Origin: a virus
Taxonomy: Duplodnaviria > Caudoviricetes
Length of the DNA: 64,000 nt
IMG/VR virus record: IMGVR_UViG_3300030330_004956
Coordinates: 64,001-128,000 of that record
Strand: one strand, 5' to 3'
A model generated the notes under the pieces. That model worked only from the letters and a program-made list of their open reading frames with translations, did no database searches and was not told the DNA's origin. The position numbers and the translations under genes were made by a program. Below are positions 9,579 through 18,700 of the stretch, piece by piece (the stretch's first letter is position 1; each line of letters starts with the position of its first letter).

Positions 9579-10491
9579 AGGAGAAATTGGGGTAAACTTT
9601 AAGCCCTCTACTATAGAAACGATCGATTCAGCAATTTTTAAGTTCCTGCAAGACATGAATTTGCACGCCAGAACGAATAAAGGCTTCATCCCGGTGCCAA
9701 TTATTTGGGTTGGCGCAGAAAGAACATACCAAATCAAGAATGATTTAACTTTAAGAGATTCTGAAGGGCTTTTGAAGTTGCCACTTTTAACAATTGAAAG
9801 AAAAGATATTACAAAAGATCCTACCAAATCTCCAATTCCGGCAAATGTGCCTGATTTTGGGGATGGGGGCTTCATTCCGGTACGCAGAAGAATAAATCAA
9901 GAGAAAACTACCGCTTTCAAAGCAGCACAGAATGCTAAAAAATCAGGCGTTGACTTAGATGTTGGCAACACACAAGAAGAGTACCCCAGAAATCGTAAGT
10001 TTCCTAGTAAATTTACTCCTATGTTTGATGTACGCCCACCAAATTTAAGAGAAAAGGTGGTTTATGAGACAACTTACATACCAATTCCTGTCTATGTGAC
10101 TGTAAAATACGAAATCCACATCAGAACAGAGTACCAACAGCAGATGAATCAGTTATTGACTCCGTTTATAGCATCTCATTCAAGAATGGGTAGAAATCAT
10201 AAGTATTTTACAATGAAATATGAAAATCACAGCTTTGAGGGGTTCATAGATCCTAGTTTTTCTAATGATAACAACGCTGCAAAGCTTGAAGAAGAAGAAA
10301 GAATTTTCAATACTGTAGTCAATGTCGATGTGTTAGGCTACTTAGTTGGTGGCGATGCCAATGAAAATTCTAATATAGAGAAAGTTTATGAAAACATTGT
10401 AGAAGTTAAAATTTCTCGCGAAAGGGTTGTACTGGCTGACGAATTTGATCGCTCAAATCCTTCAGGCTCAAACCCTTTCTACAAAGAATAA
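9568..10491 (+). CDS. Tail terminator/sheath stabiliser, T4 gp15-like
   Basis: VPIIW..AER, KLPLLTIER, PVYVTVKYEI.I.TEYQQQMNQL; lies between neck and sheath. Confidence 0.65.
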   Translation: MPSKGEIGVNFKPSTIETIDSAIFKFLQDMNLHARTNKGFIPVPIIWVGAERTYQIKNDLTLRDSEGLLKLPLLTIERKDITKDPTKSPIPANVPDFGDGGFIPVRRRINQEKTTAFKAAQNAKKSGVDLDVGNTQEEYPRNRKFPSKFTPMFDVRPPNLREKVVYETTYIPIPVYVTVKYEIHIRTEYQQQMNQLLTPFIASHSRMGRNHKYFTMKYENHSFEGFIDPSFSNDNNAAKLEEEERIFNTVVNVDVLGYLVGGDANENSNIEKVYENIVEVKISRERVVLADEFDRSNPSGSNPFYKE

Positions 10492-10522
10492 CTTCTTTTA
10501 GTTCTTTTGGAGAAAGGAATAA

Positions 10523-10529
10523 CTATTTA
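10523..10529 (+). promoter_or_regulatory. Putative late promoter CTATTTA
   Basis: Intergenic, before the sheath gene. Confidence 0.65.
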
Positions 10530-10583
10530 TTATGAATGTTTTATGGATAAACCATCGACTGTTTATAAAGGAGAATTAAAGAC

Positions 10584-13514
10584 ATGTCAATTGATAAATT
10601 TAGATTTGTATCTCCGGGTGTACAGGTGGCTGAAATTGATCAGTCACGCCGCGCACGAGACGCTGCGGATCCCGGCCCAGTAATTATTGGACGTTTCGAA
10701 CGAGGGCCTACAATGCAGCCCACCAAGGTAGATTCTCTCAACGAGTTAGAGGAAATTTTTGGTAGAACTATTACTGGTAGAGAGTCAGGCGATATCTCTC
10801 GTAATGGTAACTTTTCTGCTCCTTCGTATGCAGCTTTTGCAGTTAATGCATGGCTAGCAAACAATGGCGGCGCAACTATTATGAGGCTTGTAGGTAAGCA
10901 ATCCAGTAATGCCGAAGTTGGCTCTGGAGAGGCTGGATGGACTAGAAGCACCACTGGATCCGCAGGATCTGGTAGAGGTGGTGCATGGGGGCTCTGGGTT
11001 ATTCCTTCGGCTTCAACCTTTCAAGGATTGACTGGTACACTCGGTGCTGTTTTCTATTGCGCTGCTGACACAGGAATTGTTCTATCTGGCACTCATTTAG
11101 TAACAGGCGGCTCCACTAAGAATGGACAAGCTGCCGCATCACTCATGAGATTCGATGACGGAAACATTAGAGCTAAGGTTATAAAGGGCATTTCCGATCA
11201 GACTTCTTCTGTTGGCGGTTCTGAGGACGAAGATGTACTTTTCAACTTCAACCCTGCTTCTAGACAGTTCATTAGAAAGGTTTTCAATACCACGCCTCAC
11301 AACACTAATAGTGATGTCGTCGCATCTTCGCACGCAAATTATAAAACTTACTGGCTTGGTGAAAGTTTCGAAGATAGAGTTGCACAGTTGGATTCACAAA
11401 CTGACGGCACCTCCGCACTATTATGTTTCACAGCGCCTCTGGTTTCTGGAACTGTTAACTATGCAGATCACGCCTATGATGCGCAGCCAAGTAAGACTGG
11501 TTGGGTTATCTCTCAGGACGTTTCACTGGATTCTGGTTCATACTCTCCAGCAAACATGCAGAAACTTTTCCGCTTTGTTTCTCTGGAAGAAGGTGAATGG
11601 ACTCAAAGAAACTTGAAGATCTCTATCAGAAATATCAGACTTCCGAATGCAGCATCTGATGCTGATGCATACGGCTCTTTCGATGTTCAACTTAGGGCAA
11701 TTCAAGATACCGACGCTGCACCAGAAGCTGTTGAAACATACACTAATGTCAACTTGAACCCAGCATCTCCAAACTACATTGGAGTTAGAATTGGTGATCA
11801 AAGAGCAGTATGGAACGATGCCGAGAAAAGATATCGCTACTTTGGAGCTTATCCAAACATGTCGAAATATATTCGCGTAGAAATTGCATCAGAAGTCGAT
11901 GAAGGCGCTATCACACAAGAACTGGTGCCATTTGGATTCTATGGTATTCCACGCCCACCAATAGTCACGCTTGAGGGCTCTGGTTCCGCCGGCACCGGCG
12001 ATCAGGCTTTCATTCAAGATGCCATCTCAAGTGCCTTCACGGTTGATGGCGTAAACGTCGAATCTGTTAATTGTTTCGTCAATGTTTCTGGAACCGCTGG
12101 TTCCGGTGCCAAAGCTATCACTGCTTCTCTTGAGTGGCCGACTCACAAGCTTGTTGGCTCTGCCTCTCTGGCTTCATTAGCAGATCCAACAGATCGTTAC
12201 TTCGGTGTTGACTTTACTAGATACAACAGCGATACTTTGTTCGATCCCTCGGTATATGATCTTTCTAGAGCCAGAGTTTCTAACTTATCTTCAGATTCTT
12301 GGGATAAATCAGGAAACATGGTAGATTCATTCATCTTCTCGTTGGATGATGTATCTGGCTCTGCAAACAACGCTGCAAACGGATTCGTATACGTATCAGG
12401 CTCTAGAGCCGCCACTGATGGATCAAGCTCTTGGACTGCTGTTAGCGGTACCGAAGCTATCCTTGACGCTGGTTACGATAAGTTTACTATGCCACTTTAT
12501 GGTGGATTCGACGGACTCGATGCTACACAAATGGAGCCTCTGATCAACAATGGACTAATCAATGGGAAAACCACTACTAACTGCTATGAGAAGTACACTC
12601 TTATAAGAGCCATCGACACAGTTGCAGATGCTGAGTTGGTTGATATGAACTTGCTGGCACTCCCCGGTATCACCGATCATGGTGTCACCGATCACATGAT
12701 CAATACATGTGAACGCAGAAGAGATGCCATGGCACTTGTCGATATCAAGTTTGCATACACTCCGCGCCACGAAAGCAACGAGCCTTCCGAAGCTGTGAGA
12801 AACGCTGCAACTGGTAACAACAAGGTTTCTACCGCTGTCACCACTGTCAAGCAGAAGGGTTACAACTCTTCTTACGCGGCATGCTACTACCCATGGGTTC
12901 AGGTTAGCGCTCCAGTAACTGGATTGCCTACTTGGGTTCCACCTTCGGTTGTAGCCCTAGGCGCAATGTCTTACAGTGAAGCAACTCAGGCAGTTTGGTT
13001 TGCTCCTGCTGGATTCACCCGCGGTGGATTAAGTGAAGGACGTGGTGGACTTCCAGTATTGGCAGTGTCTCAGAGACTTTCTTCGAAAGAGAGAGACAGC
13101 CTTTATGAAGTCAACATTAACCCAATTGCTCAGTTCCCAGCAGAAGGTATTGTAATCTTTGGACAAAAGACACTTCAAGCCACGCCATCAGCGTTGGATA
13201 GAATTAACGTAAGAAGACTTCTTATCTTCATCAAGAAGAGAATTTCTAGAATTGCTTCTACCCTGTTGTTCGATCCAAACGTTTCGCAAACTTGGAACAG
13301 ATTTATATCAGAAGTTGCACCGTTCCTTGATGGAGTTAAGTCGGGATTTGGACTGGACGATTTCAAGATTGTCTTGGACAGTTCAACAACGACTGCCGAT
13401 CTAATCGATAGAAACACAATGTACGCTAAGATCTTTGTCAAGCCTACAAAAGCTATCGAATTCATCGCAATTGACTTCATCATTACGAACTCTGGAGCAT
13501 CGTTTGATGATTAA
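10584..13514 (+). CDS. Contractile tail sheath protein (gp18-like, with large insertions)
   Basis: FVSPGVQVAEID N-term; WFAPAGFTRG, INPI, GQKTLQ, DRINVRRL, KPTKAIEFI C-term. Confidence 0.95.
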   Translation: MSIDKFRFVSPGVQVAEIDQSRRARDAADPGPVIIGRFERGPTMQPTKVDSLNELEEIFGRTITGRESGDISRNGNFSAPSYAAFAVNAWLANNGGATIMRLVGKQSSNAEVGSGEAGWTRSTTGSAGSGRGGAWGLWVIPSASTFQGLTGTLGAVFYCAADTGIVLSGTHLVTGGSTKNGQAAASLMRFDDGNIRAKVIKGISDQTSSVGGSEDEDVLFNFNPASRQFIRKVFNTTPHNTNSDVVASSHANYKTYWLGESFEDRVAQLDSQTDGTSALLCFTAPLVSGTVNYADHAYDAQPSKTGWVISQDVSLDSGSYSPANMQKLFRFVSLEEGEWTQRNLKISIRNIRLPNAASDADAYGSFDVQLRAIQDTDAAPEAVETYTNVNLNPASPNYIGVRIGDQRAVWNDAEKRYRYFGAYPNMSKYIRVEIASEVDEGAITQELVPFGFYGIPRPPIVTLEGSGSAGTGDQAFIQDAISSAFTVDGVNVESVNCFVNVSGTAGSGAKAITASLEWPTHKLVGSASLASLADPTDRYFGVDFTRYNSDTLFDPSVYDLSRARVSNLSSDSWDKSGNMVDSFIFSLDDVSGSANNAANGFVYVSGSRAATDGSSSWTAVSGTEAILDAGYDKFTMPLYGGFDGLDATQMEPLINNGLINGKTTTNCYEKYTLIRAIDTVADAELVDMNLLALPGITDHGVTDHMINTCERRRDAMALVDIKFAYTPRHESNEPSEAVRNAATGNNKVSTAVTTVKQKGYNSSYAACYYPWVQVSAPVTGLPTWVPPSVVALGAMSYSEATQAVWFAPAGFTRGGLSEGRGGLPVLAVSQRLSSKERDSLYEVNINPIAQFPAEGIVIFGQKTLQATPSALDRINVRRLLIFIKKRISRIASTLLFDPNVSQTWNRFISEVAPFLDGVKSGFGLDDFKIVLDSSTTTADLIDRNTMYAKIFVKPTKAIEFIAIDFIITNSGASFDD

Positions 13515-13524
13515 TAGTAAATTT

Positions 13525-13564
13525 GTGAGAGTATTGGGCTGAATACTGATGCTCTCACTATTTA
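13525..13564 (+). promoter_or_regulatory. Hairpin abutting a putative late promoter CTATTTA
   Basis: GTGAGAGTAT...ATGCTCTCAC stem, then CTATTTA at 13558-13564. Confidence 0.55.
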
Positions 13565-13597
13565 CTTTGAATAAACATTTATTTGGAGGATTTATAA

Positions 13598-14248
13598 ATG
13601 GCTCAATTTTGGAATAATAGCATACTCGAACCGAAAAGAAAGTTTAGATGGCTTTTGCAGGTTAACGGGATACCATACTGGACAATTAAGAAAGTACAAC
13701 GTCCGCAGTATACTGTCGGTGAAGCAGAGCACAAATACATCAACCACACTTTCTACTTTCCCGGTAGAGTTACTTACAATGAGATTGACTTTACCATTGT
13801 AGATAGTGCTGATCCTGATGCCGCTGAAACCTTAAGACAAATCTTGGGAGCGTCTGGTTACAGACTGCCTAAGAGCGAAGATATTGCAACCCAATCAATC
13901 ACTAAACACGCCGCAGTCCGTGCCCTTGGTACAGTGCAGTTAGTTATGATGACTGGTGGTGGTAACGCATCTTCTACTGGTGGCGATGGTACCGTTGCAA
14001 ACAATCAGAAGGCTGGTACTTTAGTTGAACAGTGGAACTTGCATAACGCTTGGGTTAAAGACATTTCATTTTCGGAATTAGATTATGATGGTGATGATCT
14101 CACTGAGATTACTGTCAAGCTTCGCTACGACTACGCTGAACTTAATAACAGTTCTAACTTCCCATCCGGCTTCGGTAGCCTTGATGTTGAAAACCCAGAT
14201 CTGTCTTACGGCGTATCCGCAGGTTCTGATCCTGACAGACAAGACTAA
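13598..14248 (+). CDS. Tail tube protein (gp19-like)
   Basis: EPKRKFRW, FPGRVTY, EQWNLHNAW, LDY, ITVKLRYDYA; follows the sheath. Confidence 0.9.
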   Translation: MAQFWNNSILEPKRKFRWLLQVNGIPYWTIKKVQRPQYTVGEAEHKYINHTFYFPGRVTYNEIDFTIVDSADPDAAETLRQILGASGYRLPKSEDIATQSITKHAAVRALGTVQLVMMTGGGNASSTGGDGTVANNQKAGTLVEQWNLHNAWVKDISFSELDYDGDDLTEITVKLRYDYAELNNSSNFPSGFGSLDVENPDLSYGVSAGSDPDRQD

Positions 14249-14277
14249 AAAAATATTCTCTATACTTTGGAGGTTAA

Positions 14278-15147
14278 ATGAGAAACAATGATGAGAGAAC
14301 GGGCGCTGTCCAACAACCGGACAGCCCCGCCCCTGCTCAAGCACAAAAGGGGCTAAACTTAAACTTTGTTGCACCAACAGAGTTTGTCGAAATTCCCTCA
14401 AGAGGCAAATTTTATCCACAGGGGCATCCCCTGCATAATAAGCACACTGTAGAGATCAAGCATATGACTGCTAGAGAAGAGGATATTCTTACTAGCCAGA
14501 CTTTGCTTAAACAGGGTGTCGCACTGGATAGATTCTTGCAATCTGTATTGTTGGATAAGGCAATCGACATTAATACTTTGTTAGTTGGCGACAAAAACGC
14601 TTTGATTGTTGCAGCTAGATGCACAGGCTACGGCGATGATTATGAAACTACTCTAACTTGCCCATCATGCATGGCGCAAGTAAAAGAGACTCTAGACTTA
14701 TCAGAGTGTAGAGAGATGGTTCATGGGTATAACGAACAGGATGCAGAAGAGCCACTGCCTAATGTTGTCGGCCCATCAGCCGCTGGGACATATATGATCA
14801 CATTGCCTACGACAAACGCTGTTTTCGAAGTCAAGCTAATGAATGGGCGAGATGAAAAAGCATTCGCCAAAAGAATGGAAACCAGAAAGAAGAAGAAACA
14901 AGGCGAAGCTCTTATGACTGATCAGTTTAAGACTTTCACAGTTTCTATTAACGGTGTAGACATTCCGCGGCAAATGTATTCTTTTATCGATAATTTGCCC
15001 GTAAAGGACTCTAGATTCCTTCGAACGGCTTATAACGCCCTCACGCCTGCTGTAAATCTTAAGCACGATTTTGCGTGTACTGAGTGTGCTTATGAGCAGG
15101 AGGTAGAAGTGCCTATTACGGCGCAGTTTTTTTGGCCTGACGCATGA
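14278..15147 (+). CDS. Tail/baseplate hub assembly chaperone (T4 gp26-like)
   Basis: IPSRGKFYP, MTAREEDIL, GDKNAL..AR..GYG, two CxxC motifs, ends FFWP. Confidence 0.75.
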   Translation: MRNNDERTGAVQQPDSPAPAQAQKGLNLNFVAPTEFVEIPSRGKFYPQGHPLHNKHTVEIKHMTAREEDILTSQTLLKQGVALDRFLQSVLLDKAIDINTLLVGDKNALIVAARCTGYGDDYETTLTCPSCMAQVKETLDLSECREMVHGYNEQDAEEPLPNVVGPSAAGTYMITLPTTNAVFEVKLMNGRDEKAFAKRMETRKKKKQGEALMTDQFKTFTVSINGVDIPRQMYSFIDNLPVKDSRFLRTAYNALTPAVNLKHDFACTECAYEQEVEVPITAQFFWPDA

Positions 15148-15151
15148 GTAT

Positions 15152-15328
15152 ATGGAGGGAGTTTATGAACAATTCTTCCTCCTTAAATATCATGGCGGTT
15201 GGAGTTTCATGGAAGCATACAACCTGCCAGTTGGACTGAGAACATGGTTCCTAAGACGACTATCAAAACAGCTAAACGATGAAGCAGAAGCAAATCGTAA
15301 AGCAATGAATAAAGCTAAAAGAAGGTAA
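15152..15328 (+). CDS. Small tail assembly protein (T4 gp51-like), possibly made as a frameshift fusion to the upstream ORF
   Basis: Not in the ORF track: MEGVYEQFFLLKYHGGWSFMEAYNLPVGLRTWFLRRL...; frame is open back through the T7 run at 15127-15133. Confidence 0.7.
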   Translation: MEGVYEQFFLLKYHGGWSFMEAYNLPVGLRTWFLRRLSKQLNDEAEANRKAMNKAKRR

Positions 15329-15361
15329 AGCAGTTGGAAACAACTGCTTTCTTTCTATTTA
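15327..15361 (+). terminator. Terminator followed by a CTATTTA promoter
   Basis: AAAGCAGTTG-GAAA-CAACTGCTTT-CTTT, then CTATTTA at 15355-15361. Confidence 0.75.
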
Positions 15362-15393
15362 CACTAATTATATTTGTATTCTGGTGACTTTAA

Positions 15394-15723
15394 ATGAAAA
15401 CAATTGAAATTGACTTCTCTAAGCTAAGGGCTTTGGACGAGAACATACGAAAAGGCTTCATAGGCACTTTCGGTATTACGCTGAAAGATCTTCTGCAAAA
15501 GATGTTTGGTGGGCAAAAAATACCTCTTATTGTGAAAGGCACTCCCAAAGAAGTGCGCGCATTCGCCAAAGCACTAGTTAAAGAGAAGGATTACTACAGG
15601 TTTTATAAGCAATATGGCTTGAATGATCCTAGAACATATAGATCAAAGTTTGCACTGAAGGCTGCAATTAGAGAGTTTGAGAGAAAAACTGGAGTCAAGT
15701 GGCCGTTACAGTTTCGTAGGTAA
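15394..15723 (+). CDS. Hypothetical protein, basic
   Basis: 109-aa ORF between a late-type promoter and the tape measure gene. Confidence 0.6.
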   Translation: MKTIEIDFSKLRALDENIRKGFIGTFGITLKDLLQKMFGGQKIPLIVKGTPKEVRAFAKALVKEKDYYRFYKQYGLNDPRTYRSKFALKAAIREFERKTGVKWPLQFRR

Positions 15724-15730
15724 ATAATTT

Positions 15731-18700
15731 ATGGCAAAGTCGTTTAAAGAACTATTAATAGAATTTAGAAAAAACGCTGCGTTGAGCCCAGATGATGCAA
15801 CGTCATTAGATAATATTATCAAAGAAGTTGGCGATAAGTCAATGGCTGGCGCAGCCAAGGTACGAACTGCCTCGCAAGAACTGACAGCAATGTTGGGCGA
15901 TGTAGCTAAAACGACTGAAGAGCATGCAGCCACCTATCTGAGTAGTACTGATGAGATGATCTTGAAAGCCATCGAGATGGCTGAAGCTACTCTTGCCAAC
16001 AAAGATGCAACTGAAAGTCAAATAACCTCTGCACAAGCAGTGGTTAGCATGTATAAAGAACAGGCTAATGCAATCAACATTGCAACCAAATCAGCCTCCA
16101 AGATGACTACTGAGATTGATAGGTTCGCCCGGGCAAAAGGGCTTGCAAAATCAGCTTCAGATTCATTCTTTGGAAACTTAATGAACTCCGGCCCACTGGG
16201 CTTTGCAATGCTGAAAGATCAAATGAAGCAATACGCTTCAATACAGAATATTGCGAATGTTTCAATGTTCCAGTTTCAGAAACAGACACTTGAGTTAGCA
16301 CAAGCATTTGACGGCTCACAGGCTGAATTGTCAAAGGCTACGGGTACCACGGGCGAATATAATGACTTGTTATATGACGCACAAGAACAAAATAAAGCAT
16401 TTGGCGTCGGAATAGAAGAAGTTCAAAAAGCTATTTCTAACTTACATAATGAATTAGCAGTATTCAATCAGATGAGTTCTGAAAGCCAAATGATGCTTAC
16501 GGAGACTACGGCTAGAATGGAGCGCTTAGGTGTTGAAGCCGGCGTTGGTGCAGAGCAATTTGATAACCTTATAATGGGTATGGGAATGGGCGCCGTACAA
16601 GCCAATAATGCCTCTTTAGAGCTTGTTGCTCTAGGTGACGCAGTAGGTATGGCAGCAGGTGTCATATCGAAGGAATTTAACGCCGCAGCAAGCGAATTAG
16701 CCAAGTACGGCCCACAAGCAACACAGGTGTTTAAGGGCATGGCAGCAGCCGCCAAGGCAACTGGTATAGAAATTGGAAACTTGATGAGTATCACAAAACA
16801 ATTTGATACTTTTGAAGGTGCCGCAGTAGCTGCTGGAAAGTTAAATGCTATTTTAGGTGGCGGAGTGATGAACTCCATGGAACTTTTAAATGCCACCGAA
16901 GAAGAACGAATCAGATTGATGATCCAAGGAATGCAAGCATCTGGCAAAAACTTCGCTTCTTTGAACCGGTTTGAAAAGCAAGCCATCGCTAGCGCCGCTG
17001 GTATTCAAGATATGACTGAAGCTAATAAGATTTTCGGCATGTCCTTGAGTGCTTATGATCAGATGCAAAATAAGGCAAGTGCAGCCGCAGCCGCAAATGC
17101 AAAAATGGAAGAGCGAGCAGCAGCCGCAACGAAAATGTCAGAAAAATTTAAGTTAATCATGCAAGGCTTCGCCGTTGCATTCATGCCAGTATTAGATGTT
17201 CTACATGCAGGTGCAAATCTTATATTGCAATTAAACGATGCAACCGGCGGATTCTTGATTCCAGTTCTCGGTGCAGCTTCTATAGCATTCATGATGTATG
17301 CAAAATCAGTTGGAGCAGGCAATGCAGCCACAGGGGCTAGTATAGCCTTGAAACAAGCCGCCTTCGCCATAGGAAATACAGAATTTATGCTAAAAATCCG
17401 CTTGGCTATGATGGACAAGCAGGAAGTGGCAATGAAGGGAATAAAAAATGCCCTGTCCAGCAAAGAAAACTTCCTCGGAGCGATGAGGAACGTTCAGGAT
17501 GCGGCATCAGTGAAATTACAAGCAGCCAAGAATGCCGTGATGGCACCCGGTGTCACATTGAAAAAAATCGGATTCGCTATATCGAATAGTGAACTGGGAA
17601 TCAGGGTTCAATTATTTGCAATTGATGCAAAAGATTTTGTACTTCAAAAAGCTAAAATTGCACAACAAGGTATTAGCAATTCCATGATGGCTGTAAGAAC
17701 TACTCTTGGAAAGTCAGATCTTCTAGTGAGATCAAAGGGTGTAATTGTTAGTGGTTATCAGTTGGCGATGTCTAAAATGAAAAACCTCTCTATGAAAGAA
17801 GGGGTTCTGCTTCAGATGAAAGAAAATATTGCGACAAAAGGTGGATTAGTGTTCACTAAAATCAAAACACTTTTAACTGGTGGACTGGCATTGGCAACTA
17901 AATCAAAAGCAGCGGCAGATGCAGCCTCTGTCGGCCCTCAAGCCGCCGCAACAGGCGGTTTAGCCGGCTTTATCTCCGTAGGTATGTCAGGGTTACCAGT
18001 CTTACTGGCAGTAGCACAAGCAGCCCTAGGCATCGGTATGGCATTCTTAGGAATAGGATTGGCGATCGCCGCACCATTTATTGCAATTGCCATGATTGTC
18101 ACAGCATTCAAAGATCTGTTTATCGCAATGATGCAAATGTCTTCGAAGATTGCAGAGGCTGCTGGAGGACTAATCTTATTTGGAGCCGCAGCAGCAACAG
18201 CCATGGTAATGATAGGAATTGCACTAATTCCGTTTTCGATTGCTCTTGCAATTGCCACGCCGTTCTTGGTTGTAGGCGCAATTGGTATTGCAGCGATCGG
18301 AGTAGCGATGTTGCTAGCAGCACCCGGCTTCTTGATCTTTGGAAAAGCTATGGAAGCAATGAGTTCAGGACTTGGAAAATTCCTAAAACTTAAATTTTCT
18401 AAGCTGGTTGCGGCACTGGGTAACTTTGCCCTCTTTATTACAGGCTTGGTACTTATGTCGCCACTTGTTCTTGCGGCAGGTATCTTAACAGGAATTCCTT
18501 TATTGATTATTGGAATGGGGCTTGGCAAATTCTCTAAATCTTTGAAATTGTTTATGAAAACTGGAAGAAAAAGTATGGTAGGAGCCGTAGCTAATCTATT
18601 GATCTTTAGTTTGGGACTTCTTGCTGCATCTCCATTTATTCTAGCTGCTGGTATTTTGGCTGGTATTCCATTATTGATTATCGGACTTGGATTACTGAAC

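Noticed and set aside
13568-13595. TGAATAA before the tail tube gene (also at 15306)
   Set aside because: No CGTA at 15-16 nt, so not counted as ECF-like promoters.
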